Shown here one piece after another: positions 9,889 through 18,926 of a stretch of DNA of 64,000 nt (the first letter of the stretch is position 1; each line of letters opens with the position of its first letter). Origin of the DNA: Candidatus Magasanikiibacteriota bacterium (GTDB taxonomy: Bacteria > Patescibacteriota > Patescibacteriia > Magasanikbacterales > GWA2-37-8); NCBI GenBank assembly GCA_017991415.1, contig JAGOQR010000001.1, positions 212,490-276,489 of the forward strand, read 5' to 3'. The position numbers and the translations under genes are program-made. The notes under the pieces are model-generated. The model ran no database searches. It saw only the letters and a list, made by a program, of their open reading frames with translations, and was not told the origin of the DNA.

Positions 9889-9912
9889 GCAAATAACTTG
9901 CAAGTATTTTAA
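9889..9912. promoter_or_regulatory. candidate Zur/Fur-box operator (imperfect palindrome AAATAACTTGCAAGTATTT)
   Basis: Perfect 10-bp palindrome ACTTGCAAGT with AT-rich symmetric flanks in the divergent zur-znuA intergenic region. Confidence 0.35.
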
Positions 9913-9964
9913 ATATATGTTAGACTGCGAATATACTTATTAAATCCTAGATACATATACTCAT

Positions 9965-10915
9965 ATGAAAATAAAAAAAATATTTAAGATACTACTTATC
10001 GTACTTGGATGCATCACGCTCGCATTCTTAATCTTGCAAAAAATGGCCTTACCAGGTAACGCCCCTTCCTCACCGCAAGATATGCCTGAAAAACTACCAC
10101 TCCAAACTGCTGTCAGTTTCTACCCGTTAGCATTTCTTACCGAACGTATTTCAGGAAATTTGGCTATCATAACAAATGTTACCCCTCCTGGTATAGAACC
10201 ACACGATTTTGAACCAACCTCTCCTGATGTAGCCAAAATATATGGATCAAAGCTTTTTATCTTTAACGGCAATGGCGTAGATGCATGGGCCGAAAAACTA
10301 GCTCCCCAGTTAGAAAACTACCATGTTACCGTTATAAAAATGAGTAATCATATTGAATCTTTAAAATCAGGCTCAGAGAGCGAAGAAGGTTCGGATCCGC
10401 ATTTTTGGCTTGATCCAATAAATATGTCTACCCAAACAGATATTATTGCGGATGCTCTTATAAAAATTGACCCTGCCAACACCGAAGACTATAATAAAAA
10501 TAGAGCTGCTCTTAAACTAGATCTAGCACAACTTGATACAGAATATAAAAACGGCCTAGCCAACTGCCAACTCCATGAAATTGTTACTTCTCATAATGCA
10601 TTTGCGTATTTAGCAAAACGATATAATTTCAACACATTTCATATTTTAGGACTTTCTCCAGAAGAAGATCCTTCACCAAAAAACATAGCCGAGATAATTG
10701 ATGTAGCAAAAAATAAAAATATAAAATATATATTCTTCGAAACCATGGCGAGCCCTAAGCTATCACAGACTATTGCCCAAGAAATTGGCGCCACCACCCT
10801 GGTCCTCCATCCTATAGAAGGTCTGTCTGGAGAAGATATTAGTAATAATAAAGATTACCTACAGCTCATGCGGGAAAATCTAACAAACTTAAGGACAGCG
10901 ATGTTATGCAAATAG
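9965..10915 (+). CDS. znuA: metal (zinc/manganese) ABC transporter substrate-binding protein, ZnuA/TroA family
   Basis: 316 aa with a signal/anchor. Cluster-9 SBP fold with a His/Asp/Glu-rich loop (SGSESEEGSDPHFW). Confidence 0.75.
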   Translation: MKIKKIFKILLIVLGCITLAFLILQKMALPGNAPSSPQDMPEKLPLQTAVSFYPLAFLTERISGNLAIITNVTPPGIEPHDFEPTSPDVAKIYGSKLFIFNGNGVDAWAEKLAPQLENYHVTVIKMSNHIESLKSGSESEEGSDPHFWLDPINMSTQTDIIADALIKIDPANTEDYNKNRAALKLDLAQLDTEYKNGLANCQLHEIVTSHNAFAYLAKRYNFNTFHILGLSPEEDPSPKNIAEIIDVAKNKNIKYIFFETMASPKLSQTIAQEIGATTLVLHPIEGLSGEDISNNKDYLQLMRENLTNLRTAMLCK

Positions 10916-11658
10916 AACCAATAATCGAAGCCAAGAACCTGCATTTTAGTTATAACAATAGCCCTATTCTGGACAACATTTCTTTTGCTATCGAAAAGGG
11001 AGATTACGTAGGCATTATTGGCCCAAATGGAGGCGGCAAAACAACACTGCTGAAAATTTTAACAGGCCTCCTCAAACCTCAGTCTGGCTCACTTTCTATA
11101 CTAGGACAGGATATGGCTCAATTAAAAAACAGATCACAGATAGGCTACGTACCACAGCGAGTAGCCCAAGAAAATACTTCTTTTCCAGCCACGGTGTATG
11201 AAATTGTTGAAAGTGGTCTGATTGCTAAAAAAGGTTTAACAGGGAGCATTACTCAGTCAGATAAAGAAAAAATAGATGCGAGCTTAAAGGCTGCCGACAT
11301 ATTTGAACTAAAAAATCGGCTCATGAGCAGCTTGTCTGGAGGGCAACGACAACGAGTATATGTTACCAGAGCACTTGCAAGCGACCCACAAATACTTATC
11401 CTAGATGAACCATTTACCGGGGTTGATACTGCTTCTCAAAAAAATTTCTACGCATTTCTAAAAAAACTCAACACAGACAAGCATATTACCATTCTATTTG
11501 TTTCTCACGATATTGATACGATTACAGGAGAAATAAAATCGGTTTTATGTCTCAACCGCGGCTTATTCTGTTTTGGAGCCAAAGAAATTATGCATGCAGA
11601 AAATACGATTGAAAAAATATATGGCAAAGAAATAACTCATATTCATCATACTCGCTAA
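10906..11658 (+). CDS. znuC: metal ABC transporter ATP-binding protein
   Basis: 250 aa with Walker A GPNGGGKTT, signature LSGGQRQR and Walker B ILILDEP. The start overlaps the znuA stop by 10 nt. Confidence 0.85.
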   Translation: MQIEPIIEAKNLHFSYNNSPILDNISFAIEKGDYVGIIGPNGGGKTTLLKILTGLLKPQSGSLSILGQDMAQLKNRSQIGYVPQRVAQENTSFPATVYEIVESGLIAKKGLTGSITQSDKEKIDASLKAADIFELKNRLMSSLSGGQRQRVYVTRALASDPQILILDEPFTGVDTASQKNFYAFLKKLNTDKHITILFVSHDIDTITGEIKSVLCLNRGLFCFGAKEIMHAENTIEKIYGKEITHIHHTR

Positions 11659-11659
11659 T

Positions 11660-12460
11660 ATGCTCGATATTTTTCAGTACGACTTCATGGTACGAGCCTT
11701 TATTGCTGGTTTTATAATTGCTATTCTGGCGCCATCTATTGGTATATTTCTCGTAGTAAAAAGATACTCACTACTTACCGATACGCTCTCGCATGTGTCA
11801 CTAGTCGGTGTAGCCCTTGGATTACTCCTTGGCCTTAACCCAATTATTACCGCTATCTGCGTGTCAGCTATAGCAGCTCTTGGCATGGAAAAACTTCGCC
11901 ATAGTAAAAAAATTCTTGGGGAAGCCACACTTACCTTATTTTTATCAGGCGGCCTCGCGTTATCCCTAATTCTATTTAGTTTAAACAGGGGCTTAAATAC
12001 AAATATTTTTAGCTATCTTTTTGGAAGCATCGCTACCGTAACAACCTATGATTTATATCTTATGGGTGGATGCGGAGCAGTAATATTTTTATTAATTATA
12101 TTTTTATTTAAAAGATTTTTTATCGTTGCCTACGACGAAGAACTGGCTCAGGCCAATGGATTACCTATAAAATTTTTAAATTTTATCCTCATGATTTTGG
12201 CATCAATTGCCATATCTATCAGCATGCGTATTGTAGGCGCTTTGCTTGTTGGTGCGCTTATGGTTATACCAGTACTTGCTGCTACCCAATTTAACCATAG
12301 TTTTATAAAAACTTTTTTTTATAGTTTAGGCATCTCCCTCGCATCGGTAACTATGGGTCTATTTGCCTCCTTCTATATCAACTTGCCGAGCGGCGCAACT
12401 ATTGTTATGTCTGCGCTATTATTTTTTGCCCTCAGTTTAGTGATTAATAAAAAATCATAA
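11660..12460 (+). CDS. znuB: metal ABC transporter permease
   Basis: 266 aa, ABC-3 family permease with 8-9 TM helices. Starts 2 nt after znuC. Confidence 0.8.
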   Translation: MLDIFQYDFMVRAFIAGFIIAILAPSIGIFLVVKRYSLLTDTLSHVSLVGVALGLLLGLNPIITAICVSAIAALGMEKLRHSKKILGEATLTLFLSGGLALSLILFSLNRGLNTNIFSYLFGSIATVTTYDLYLMGGCGAVIFLLIIFLFKRFFIVAYDEELAQANGLPIKFLNFILMILASIAISISMRIVGALLVGALMVIPVLAATQFNHSFIKTFFYSLGISLASVTMGLFASFYINLPSGATIVMSALLFFALSLVINKKS

Positions 12461-12475
12461 TGTACGACCCAAAAC

Positions 12476-12507
12476 AAAAAACCACCCCGAAAGGTGGTTT
12501 TTTGTTT
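12476..12507. terminator. bidirectional rho-independent terminator
   Basis: CCACCCCGAAAGGTGG hairpin flanked by an A-run and a T-run, between convergent znuB and the csp gene. Confidence 0.7.
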
Positions 12508-12523
12508 TATAACTTGAAAGTTA

Positions 12524-12727
12524 TTAAGCGCGAACTACATTAGCTGCGCGAGGTCCTTTATCTGATTGTTCAACATCAAAGGAAACTTTGTCTCCTTTTT
12601 GTAAATCAGAAAATTGAAGACCATCACCAAGAGCAGAAGCGTGGAAGAAAATATCTTTTCCGCCATCGTCTGGAGTAATGAATCCAAAATTCTTTTCTAC
12701 GATAAGGCTTTTAATTGTACCTGTCAT
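12524..12727 (-). CDS. cold-shock protein (CspA family)
   Basis: Cold-shock domain signatures GTIKSLIVEKNFGFITPDDGGKDIFFHASAL. The true start is likely Met33 of the listed ORF; the longer ORF overlaps the upstream gene. Confidence 0.8.
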   Translation of the reverse strand: MTGTIKSLIVEKNFGFITPDDGGKDIFFHASALGDGLQFSDLQKGDKVSFDVEQSDKGPRAANVVRA

Positions 12728-12800
12728 ATTATTTTGTGATTGTGAATAAATTGATCGCTGGTCGAAGTCGACTACTTTTCCACCTGTGATTATTTGTATA

Positions 12801-13109
12801 TTAAGGCCTTGTAGGCTCATCACCGAAATCTGAACTATGCACTAATCCCATTTTCTTCAAAACATCATGTCTTTCGGCTTCAAGTTGCTTAGTAAATTCA
12901 GCACTAGGCTCTGTTTCTACTACTACCTCCACATCTTGGACCAAAGACCCATCATCCTCTACAGTAGTATCAAGCGGTGGCACGAAAAGCTCCTCTCCAT
13001 CCACAATTAGTTCGAGCACTGCCTTATCGTCGAGTACTTCCAACTGCCGCTTCTTGCCTACACCTTTTTCTTGATCGTACTGCCCAGAAAAACTTCCCGT
13101 TTCACTCAT
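12801..13109 (-). CDS. hypothetical acidic protein
   Basis: 102 aa, Asp/Glu-rich, no recognisable domain. Confidence 0.3.
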   Translation of the reverse strand: MSETGSFSGQYDQEKGVGKKRQLEVLDDKAVLELIVDGEELFVPPLDTTVEDDGSLVQDVEVVVETEPSAEFTKQLEAERHDVLKKMGLVHSSDFGDEPTRP

Positions 13110-13183
13110 ATGTAATAGTTATATAGTATGTATAGGTTAGTACTATATCCTACTTTACCCTAAAAGTCAACAGCTACTTAAGG

Positions 13184-13741
13184 CTACAACACACGGCTAT
13201 CGTATGCCCAATGCAACAGAGCTTGCCGCTGTCTTGGCCGACAGGTTACATCTCCTGGCCGACAATTTCTCTTGACTTGCATAATATGTCGACTAATAGC
13301 TTTCCAACGTTTTATCTGTCTCAAGTCTTCTGCAGGTAGTCTTCTACCCATATAATACCGACAATACCATTGAAACCACCCTCGCGGATCGTGCGCTTCA
13401 TTTATCCAGCCTTTAGCTCGCCACACCTGGAGAGACTGACTCGCATGCACATGGAAATAATTTAAAGATGCATCGCTTTGATTGGATGAAAGTTTTGCTC
13501 GAGTAAACCAACTTTTTGGAAATTCTTTTTGGCAATCAGTCATATATTTACCACCAAAAACTCCCAGCTCTAACATCTCTTTCGGCGTCAAATGAGGTTT
13601 AAAATCGGGATGAAAATTTCGACCAATTGGTTCGGAAAGAGTATATGCATATTCGGCCTGCATCGTATCTTTAACCATTACTATTTTGTTTTTTATAGGC
13701 ATACAGACAGGCAGGCTCCTAGATCTTTTTTGGGAACACAA
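13184..13741 (-). CDS. conserved hypothetical protein (Trp-rich GWFQWYCRYYMGRR motif)
   Basis: 185 aa, soluble, basic C-terminus. Not assignable from sequence alone. The start is probably internal (MQAEY...), given the overlap with TerC. Confidence 0.3.
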   Translation of the reverse strand: MCSQKRSRSLPVCMPIKNKIVMVKDTMQAEYAYTLSEPIGRNFHPDFKPHLTPKEMLELGVFGGKYMTDCQKEFPKSWFTRAKLSSNQSDASLNYFHVHASQSLQVWRAKGWINEAHDPRGWFQWYCRYYMGRRLPAEDLRQIKRWKAISRHIMQVKRNCRPGDVTCRPRQRQALLHWAYDSRVL

Positions 13742-14639
13742 TTGAGAGAACTATAGAAGATAGCAAGGCAAACATAATGATAGCAAAAGACATAAGCGAA
13801 GAAATATGAAAATCAAATATGCCAGAAAGCATTTTTAAACCAATAAATAATAAGATAAATGCCAAACCTTTTTGCAGATGATGAAATTTATGAAGCACGC
13901 TTTCAATTAAAAAGAACAGGGCACGTAAACCCATAATAGCGAAAATATTTGAAGTAAATACGATAAAAGGGTGCTGCGAGATAGCAAATACAGCTGGGAT
14001 AGAATCAACAGCAAAAATAATATCTGTACCTTCTACTAATAACATAACTAAAAATAGCGAAGTGAGAACAGTTTTACCGCCTTCTTTAACAATAAAATGC
14101 CCACCATGATGATTTGGAGAAAATGGTAATAATTTTCTAGCCCATTTGATAATAAAGTTTTTTTCAAAATCAATATGTTCTTCTTTTTTATCTTGAAGCA
14201 ACTTAACGCCTGTATACAGCAGTAATGCGCCAAAAATATATAAGACCCAATGAAACTGACTGATAATAAGAGAGCCAAAGCCAATAAAAATTGCTCGAAA
14301 AACTATTGCGCCCATTATTCCCCAAAATAACACGCGATGATGGTATTTTTCTTCTAACTTAAAATAACTAAAGATTAACATAATTACAAACAGATTATCT
14401 ACCGAAAGCATCTTTTCTGTAACATACGCGCTTAAAAACTCAGCTGCTAATTCTTTGCTGAGGAATAAAAAAATTAAAAAACCAAAGCCAAGTGAAATTG
14501 CTACCCAAAATAAAGATTGATTAATCGCAGAACTCAGCTCAACTTTATGGACTTTACGATTAAAATATCCTAAATCAAGAGCCAAAAAACCAACAATAAT
14601 TATGCCGAATAATATCCAAAGACCGGTTTGAGCATCCAT
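13719..14639 (-). CDS. TerC-family integral membrane protein
   Basis: 306 aa, multi-TM, with the conserved TerC motif ...KMLSVDNLFV. Confidence 0.7.
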   Translation of the reverse strand: MDAQTGLWILFGIIIVGFLALDLGYFNRKVHKVELSSAINQSLFWVAISLGFGFLIFLFLSKELAAEFLSAYVTEKMLSVDNLFVIMLIFSYFKLEEKYHHRVLFWGIMGAIVFRAIFIGFGSLIISQFHWVLYIFGALLLYTGVKLLQDKKEEHIDFEKNFIIKWARKLLPFSPNHHGGHFIVKEGGKTVLTSLFLVMLLVEGTDIIFAVDSIPAVFAISQHPFIVFTSNIFAIMGLRALFFLIESVLHKFHHLQKGLAFILLFIGLKMLSGIFDFHISSLMSFAIIMFALLSSIVLSIVFPKKI

Positions 14640-14730
14640 AGGAAAAAATTAAATAATAAACACATGAATAATTTATCTATTAAGTATAGCAATTAGGCAT
14701 AAAATAACAAGGATTTGAGTGGTTTTTATA

Positions 14731-14759
14731 TTGACAAAACAGCTAAAATATGCTATAGT
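14731..14759 (+). promoter_or_regulatory. consensus sigma-70 promoter TTGACA-N17-TATAGT
   Basis: TTGACA at 14731-14736, exact 17-nt spacer, TATAGT at 14754-14759. SD AAGGAG at 14771-14776 and ATG at 14785. Confidence 0.6.
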
Positions 14760-14784
14760 GGCTCCCAAATAAGGAGCCCTCGAA

Positions 14785-15006
14785 ATGAACGAACCCTTTC
14801 AACCCTTCGTCTGCGATTGGGACGATGAAAATCAGGGGATTCGTTTATTTGTCGAAGAAACCATCCCTCATTTTTTAATCGCGATTCTCATCGCAATTGC
14901 GCTAAAAAGGTGGAAATGGGACCCAAATCAAGAGCACGAAAAGGTCACTATTCCTACGGCACTCGCACCCCCAACCAGGAGAAGACGGTCATGGATCGAA
15001 TCTTGA
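14785..15006 (+). CDS. small hypothetical protein (first gene of GC-rich island A)
   Basis: 73 aa. Perfect SD AAGGAG 8 nt upstream. Contains one hydrophobic helix. Overlaps the next small ORF by 16 nt. Confidence 0.35.
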   Translation: MNEPFQPFVCDWDDENQGIRLFVEETIPHFLIAILIAIALKRWKWDPNQEHEKVTIPTALAPPTRRRRSWIES

Positions 15007-15221
15007 AGATTCTGGCAGTGATGGTTCTGGTGCTCGCAAGCATCATCGTCCTGTGCTACCTCTGCACGAGCGCCTACCTACTCGTCAACTGCCTGCTCTG
15101 GGGAGACGATGACCCCACCGCCATCGAGGAGATGTTCTCGATCCTTCTGAGCCTTGTTGTCGTTTTCAGCCTCGTTGCTGGGGCTGTGACGCACAGGCGC
15201 GACACGAACATGAAGGAATGA
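14991..15221 (+). CDS. small hypothetical membrane protein (second gene of GC-rich island A)
   Basis: 77 aa (MDRILKIL...) with two hydrophobic helices. SD AGGAGA upstream. GC-rich codon usage unlike the flanking genes. Confidence 0.35.
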   Translation: MDRILKILAVMVLVLASIIVLCYLCTSAYLLVNCLLWGDDDPTAIEEMFSILLSLVVVFSLVAGAVTHRRDTNMKE

Positions 15222-15247
15222 GGCAAGAGGAGAACCGCCTCCTCGCA

Positions 15248-15318
15248 CAAGCCACTCGGCAAGTCACCAAGTTTTTAATACGGATTGAAAGTTTGGTGAC
15301 GGGTGGCTTGTTTTTTTA
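15248..15318. terminator. rho-independent terminator (long interrupted stem plus T7)
   Basis: CAAGCCAC...GTCACCAA pairs with TTGGTGAC..GTGGCTTG, followed by TTTTTTT. Downstream of both island A (+) and the antiporter gene (-). Confidence 0.6.
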
Positions 15319-15321
15319 TAT

Positions 15322-16272
15322 TTATTTATTAGCAAAAAATTCTACCAAAACAAAGATAAGCCAAAATAAAAACAATAAATAACTTTCTCTTTTTGAAAGA
15401 GATTTTCCAGAACGCATAAAAAGAAATAAAATTACTGAAGCTGCCACCATAAATACACCTGTAATATAAATGATCTTTTGTGAAACAGAAAATGGATTGA
15501 TGAGTGCCAGAATACCAACTACCACGGTTGCATCGGCAAGGACTGTGCCAAGTATGTCCCCCACTGCCAAATCATCGTCTTGTTTTTTAACAGCCTGTAT
15601 TGCAAAAAATAATTCAGGCATCGTGGTACCCAAACCGACAAGCAGCATGCCAATTAAAATTGGATTTATATGAAGTAAGTTGGCAAAATTAACTGCAGAG
15701 GTTACCGTAAAATGAGATCCAACAATAAGTATTGCCATTCCCAAAAGCAACATGAAGAAATTTTTATACGGTGAGTGCTTACTTTTTTGAGCCTTAGAAA
15801 AATCAGAGCCACTCTTAAAAGCCATATAATAAAATACTGCTCCAAAAATTATAAGGGCCAGACCCTCTACTCTCGAAAAATAACCATCAATACCCAATAC
15901 AAGAGGTACGAGTAATAAAAAAGGGTATGCAATATTTTTTTTCAAAATTTTACTTTCAATTTTTATTCCACGCTTAGCAAATAAAATAATAATAGTAAAA
16001 ATTAACGTCATATCTGCCACATTGGACCCAAATAAAGTACCCAACCCGAACGAAGACATTCCAGCCAACGCAGAGTTTATCGCTACAAATGTTTCGGGCA
16101 AAATAGAAATAATGGCTACCACAATAAATCCAACCGTGTATTTGGACAAACCAAAGCTACTCGCCAAGTTGCCCGCATATTTGGTTGAAAAAGTTGCCCC
16201 TTTTATTACCAAGGCAAGCGCACAGATAAAGATAAAAATGCTTTCTACCATACTATTTTTTATTCTTCCCAC
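15322..16272 (-). CDS. CaCA-family sodium/calcium (cation:H+) antiporter, YrbG-like
   Basis: 316 aa, 10 TM, with duplicated alpha-repeat motifs GSNVADMT and GDILGTVLADATVV. Confidence 0.7.
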   Translation of the reverse strand: MGRIKNSMVESIFIFICALALVIKGATFSTKYAGNLASSFGLSKYTVGFIVVAIISILPETFVAINSALAGMSSFGLGTLFGSNVADMTLIFTIIILFAKRGIKIESKILKKNIAYPFLLLVPLVLGIDGYFSRVEGLALIIFGAVFYYMAFKSGSDFSKAQKSKHSPYKNFFMLLLGMAILIVGSHFTVTSAVNFANLLHINPILIGMLLVGLGTTMPELFFAIQAVKKQDDDLAVGDILGTVLADATVVVGILALINPFSVSQKIIYITGVFMVAASVILFLFMRSGKSLSKRESYLLFLFWLIFVLVEFFANK

Positions 16273-17645
16273 CGCTGATCTGTTGGATCAAAAATTGATT
16301 TTGACATTTCCTCGTTATTTAAAAACTTGGATATCCTGCTCGCACCGTATATGGATGGCAAAATACCAACCCCATTGCAACCAAGATTATATAGTAAAAC
16401 TGGGTTAATAGGTTCGGGGCCAACCCGACGAATACCGTTAGGCGTATACCCCATAAGCCCATGCCAGCAGAACCAATATTTGTTTTCTTCCGCTGGAAAT
16501 TTATTATAATTATCAAGCAAAAAATCATCTACAGCATTTTTTACTTCTTCGGAACAAGAGTCCTCTCTCGTATATTCTGCCCCATTTGGCAACACCTTTT
16601 CTGGGCCACCTGTACAAACCAAATTATATGTTTTTTTACCTTCATGTTCATGCGGACGGCGCGTCAGATAAAAATAACTTTCACCTGTTGGGTCCTCTAC
16701 TTCTTTCGCTTTAGGAAAATAACTTATAGCGGTCGGCGGATGATTGAGCGGCTCTACGTAACCAGACATATACCCAATTCGCCCTGCCACTGTAGCATGA
16801 AATTTTGTATCTATTTCTACCCCTACCTCATTAATAATTTTAAAATTTTCAAAACCATTTGTACACAAAACTATTTCTTTTGCCCCGACTTTATAATCTA
16901 ATACCTCAACGCTACCCAACCCATCTTGCAAACGAACAATACTCGCTGGACTACCCTCATAAAAACTAAACCTGCCTTTATAACTTGCAATTAAATATCC
17001 AATTAATTCTTCCGAGAATAAGGCGCTATTGGTACAGCCTTTCTGATACGAAAGCGCTGCTATATAATTCTTATTAGTTGTTTCAAGCAGTGCCAAAATA
17101 TCTTTTTGTTCCGTTATAGAATACAGATCACTATATTCAGCTGGCACATCTTTTAATCCGTCCCACTCTTTGGCAATAACTATGCTTTCTGTTGGCATAC
17201 CGCCCTGAACACGACACCTATTATTTTTTAAATGGACTAATAACTGCTCCATATTGGAAAAACCAGCATAACCAGTAAAACGATATATCGGTGTCTGCAA
17301 CTGAGCTTCCGTAACTATTGCATCAAGCAAACTCCAGGCAGATTCAACAGATCGCTGACCATCAATGGCCATATCGAGCCCAAACTCTTTTACTATATCA
17401 TGCAAAGGCCTCTCAAAATAACTTGTAATTTGGCCAGCATTGTGGCCAGTAGCTCCATGGGCAATTTTATCAGCCTCAAGCAACATAACGTTTTTATCAG
17501 TATTTCGTAATGTAAAAAAGGCTGTTGTTACACCAGCTATCCCCCCTCCCACAATAACGACATCTGTTTGCACATCCTGAGATAGTGGCACAACAGGACG
17601 AGTACGTTTTAATTCTTTTATCCAAGGCGAATGATTAGGAATCAT
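16260..17645 (-). CDS. FAD-dependent oxidoreductase (DadA/glycine-oxidase-like)
   Basis: 461 aa with an N-terminal Rossmann dinucleotide motif VVIVGGGIAGVTTAF. Confidence 0.65.
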   Translation of the reverse strand: MIPNHSPWIKELKRTRPVVPLSQDVQTDVVIVGGGIAGVTTAFFTLRNTDKNVMLLEADKIAHGATGHNAGQITSYFERPLHDIVKEFGLDMAIDGQRSVESAWSLLDAIVTEAQLQTPIYRFTGYAGFSNMEQLLVHLKNNRCRVQGGMPTESIVIAKEWDGLKDVPAEYSDLYSITEQKDILALLETTNKNYIAALSYQKGCTNSALFSEELIGYLIASYKGRFSFYEGSPASIVRLQDGLGSVEVLDYKVGAKEIVLCTNGFENFKIINEVGVEIDTKFHATVAGRIGYMSGYVEPLNHPPTAISYFPKAKEVEDPTGESYFYLTRRPHEHEGKKTYNLVCTGGPEKVLPNGAEYTREDSCSEEVKNAVDDFLLDNYNKFPAEENKYWFCWHGLMGYTPNGIRRVGPEPINPVLLYNLGCNGVGILPSIYGASRISKFLNNEEMSKSIFDPTDQRWEE

Positions 17646-17700
17646 AAAAATGGTGTTTATATAGCTATAAGTTTATCAAAAAATGAATATTTTACCAAAT

Positions 17701-17731
17701 AAAATGACCCTTTATATTAAAGGGTCATTTT
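17701..17731. terminator. rho-independent terminator (palindromic hairpin TGACCCTTTATATTAAAGGGTCA)
   Basis: Perfect stem flanked by an A-run and a T-run, downstream of the minus-strand RGG/zinc-ribbon gene. Confidence 0.65.
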
Positions 17732-17748
17732 TAGCCTCGGGAGTAATA

Positions 17749-18285
17749 TTATTTTTTCTTTTTAGAAGCTGTTTTTTTCGCTGCTGATTTTGCTTTAACG
17801 AGAGGCTCTTTTGTCTTTTTTGCTTCTTGCACTGGCTTTTCAGCACTCACTGTAGCAGCTGGAGCCAAAGCCTTTAAAATTTTATCCAACTTAATATGGA
17901 GCGCTTCAAGCTGTTGTTTGATCTGGTCGTTGCCTCCGTTTCCACCGCCAAAAGCAGGTTTTTTATCAAAACTTGGTCGGCCAAAACTATTACCACCAGA
18001 CCTCATCGGCGCGTCGTGTTTTTTATCTTTAAAACAATTACTGCAAAAGACTTCTCTGTCGCCAGTTGGTCTAAAAGGAACTTGGCAAGGCTTACCACAT
18101 TGGCTACATGTTGCATCGTGCATTTGAGGCTTACCAAAACTACCGCCCCCACCAAATTTACGGTCACCGCCAAACCTGCCACCACGGTCTCCACCGCCAA
18201 AACTTTTTCCACCAAAATCTCGTCTTCCAAATCTGCTACCACCTCTGTCTCCGCCTGAACGATTGTCGCGATTAAAACTACCCAT
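17749..18285 (-). CDS. RGG/Gly-Arg-rich protein with a CxxC-x17-CxxC zinc-ribbon and Lys-rich C-terminus
   Basis: 178 aa. N-terminal GGDRGG/RFG repeats, then CSQC-x17-CSNC (matches the CxxC-x17-CxxC domain pattern), a second RGG-like block and a KKxxKK tail. Confidence 0.5.
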   Translation of the reverse strand: MGSFNRDNRSGGDRGGSRFGRRDFGGKSFGGGDRGGRFGGDRKFGGGGSFGKPQMHDATCSQCGKPCQVPFRPTGDREVFCSNCFKDKKHDAPMRSGGNSFGRPSFDKKPAFGGGNGGNDQIKQQLEALHIKLDKILKALAPAATVSAEKPVQEAKKTKEPLVKAKSAAKKTASKKKK

Positions 18286-18345
18286 ACTATTATATTAAAT
18301 ACTTAAAAAACGATTTTACCTTACTTTAGCATAAAATACAATAGC

Positions 18346-18885
18346 TTGAGTATTTTAGATAAAAAATGGTATTATCTATACACTATGCAAGTACCATATA
18401 GAAAACCTGGAAAATACAGCCAGATAAAGCCAGATCCCATGCTCACTGCAGAAAAAGCCCGAGAGCTTGAAAACAAACTGGACAGACTTAAAAACTTTAG
18501 CCGCCCAAAGGCAGCTGAGGAAGTACGGAGACTAGCCGAACTTGGTGATTTTTCTGAAAATGTAGAATACCAGCTCGCCAAAGGAAGGTTGCGAGGAATA
18601 AATAATGGCATCTTATCTATAGAAAACCAGCTCAAACATGCCGAGATCATCACGCCTCAACAGCAAACAGATACAGTAAGTATTGGCCATACTGTTACCA
18701 TACACAATGGAAAAAACAACAAAACATACCTAATACTTGGCTCTTCAGAAACTAATCCACAACAAGGAATAATTTCACATATTTCTCCTCTTGGATCAGC
18801 CCTCCTCGGCAAAAAAATTAATGATACTGTACAAGTAAAAACAGGAGATAGAGAAACTAGTTACAAAATTATCGAAATAAAATAA
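18346..18885 (+). CDS. greA: transcription elongation factor GreA
   Basis: N-terminal coiled-coil (LTAEKARELENKLDRLK...AEEVRRLAELGDFSENVEYQLAK) and C-terminal FKBP-like domain. The start may be internal. Confidence 0.85.
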   Translation: MSILDKKWYYLYTMQVPYRKPGKYSQIKPDPMLTAEKARELENKLDRLKNFSRPKAAEEVRRLAELGDFSENVEYQLAKGRLRGINNGILSIENQLKHAEIITPQQQTDTVSIGHTVTIHNGKNNKTYLILGSSETNPQQGIISHISPLGSALLGKKINDTVQVKTGDRETSYKIIEIK

Positions 18886-18886
18886 A

Positions 18887-18918
18887 GCTACTCGTAATGT
18901 GAGTAGCTTTATTTTATT
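18887..18918 (+). terminator. rho-independent terminator after greA
   Basis: GCTACTCG-TAATGT-GAGTAGC hairpin followed by a T-run. Confidence 0.7.
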
Positions 18919-18926
18919 GCCTAGGA

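Noticed and set aside
12524-12823. 99-aa version of the cold-shock gene
   Set aside because: The N-terminal 32 codons overlap the upstream gene and have no similarity to Csp proteins. Met33 (12727) begins the canonical cold-shock domain.
17896-18258. ORFs antisense or overlapping within the RGG/zinc-ribbon gene (17896-18258, 17918-18127, 18003-18242)
   Set aside because: Repetitive GGN/CCN-rich DNA creates open frames on both strands. Only the minus-strand frame has the CxxC-x17-CxxC ribbon and terminator context.
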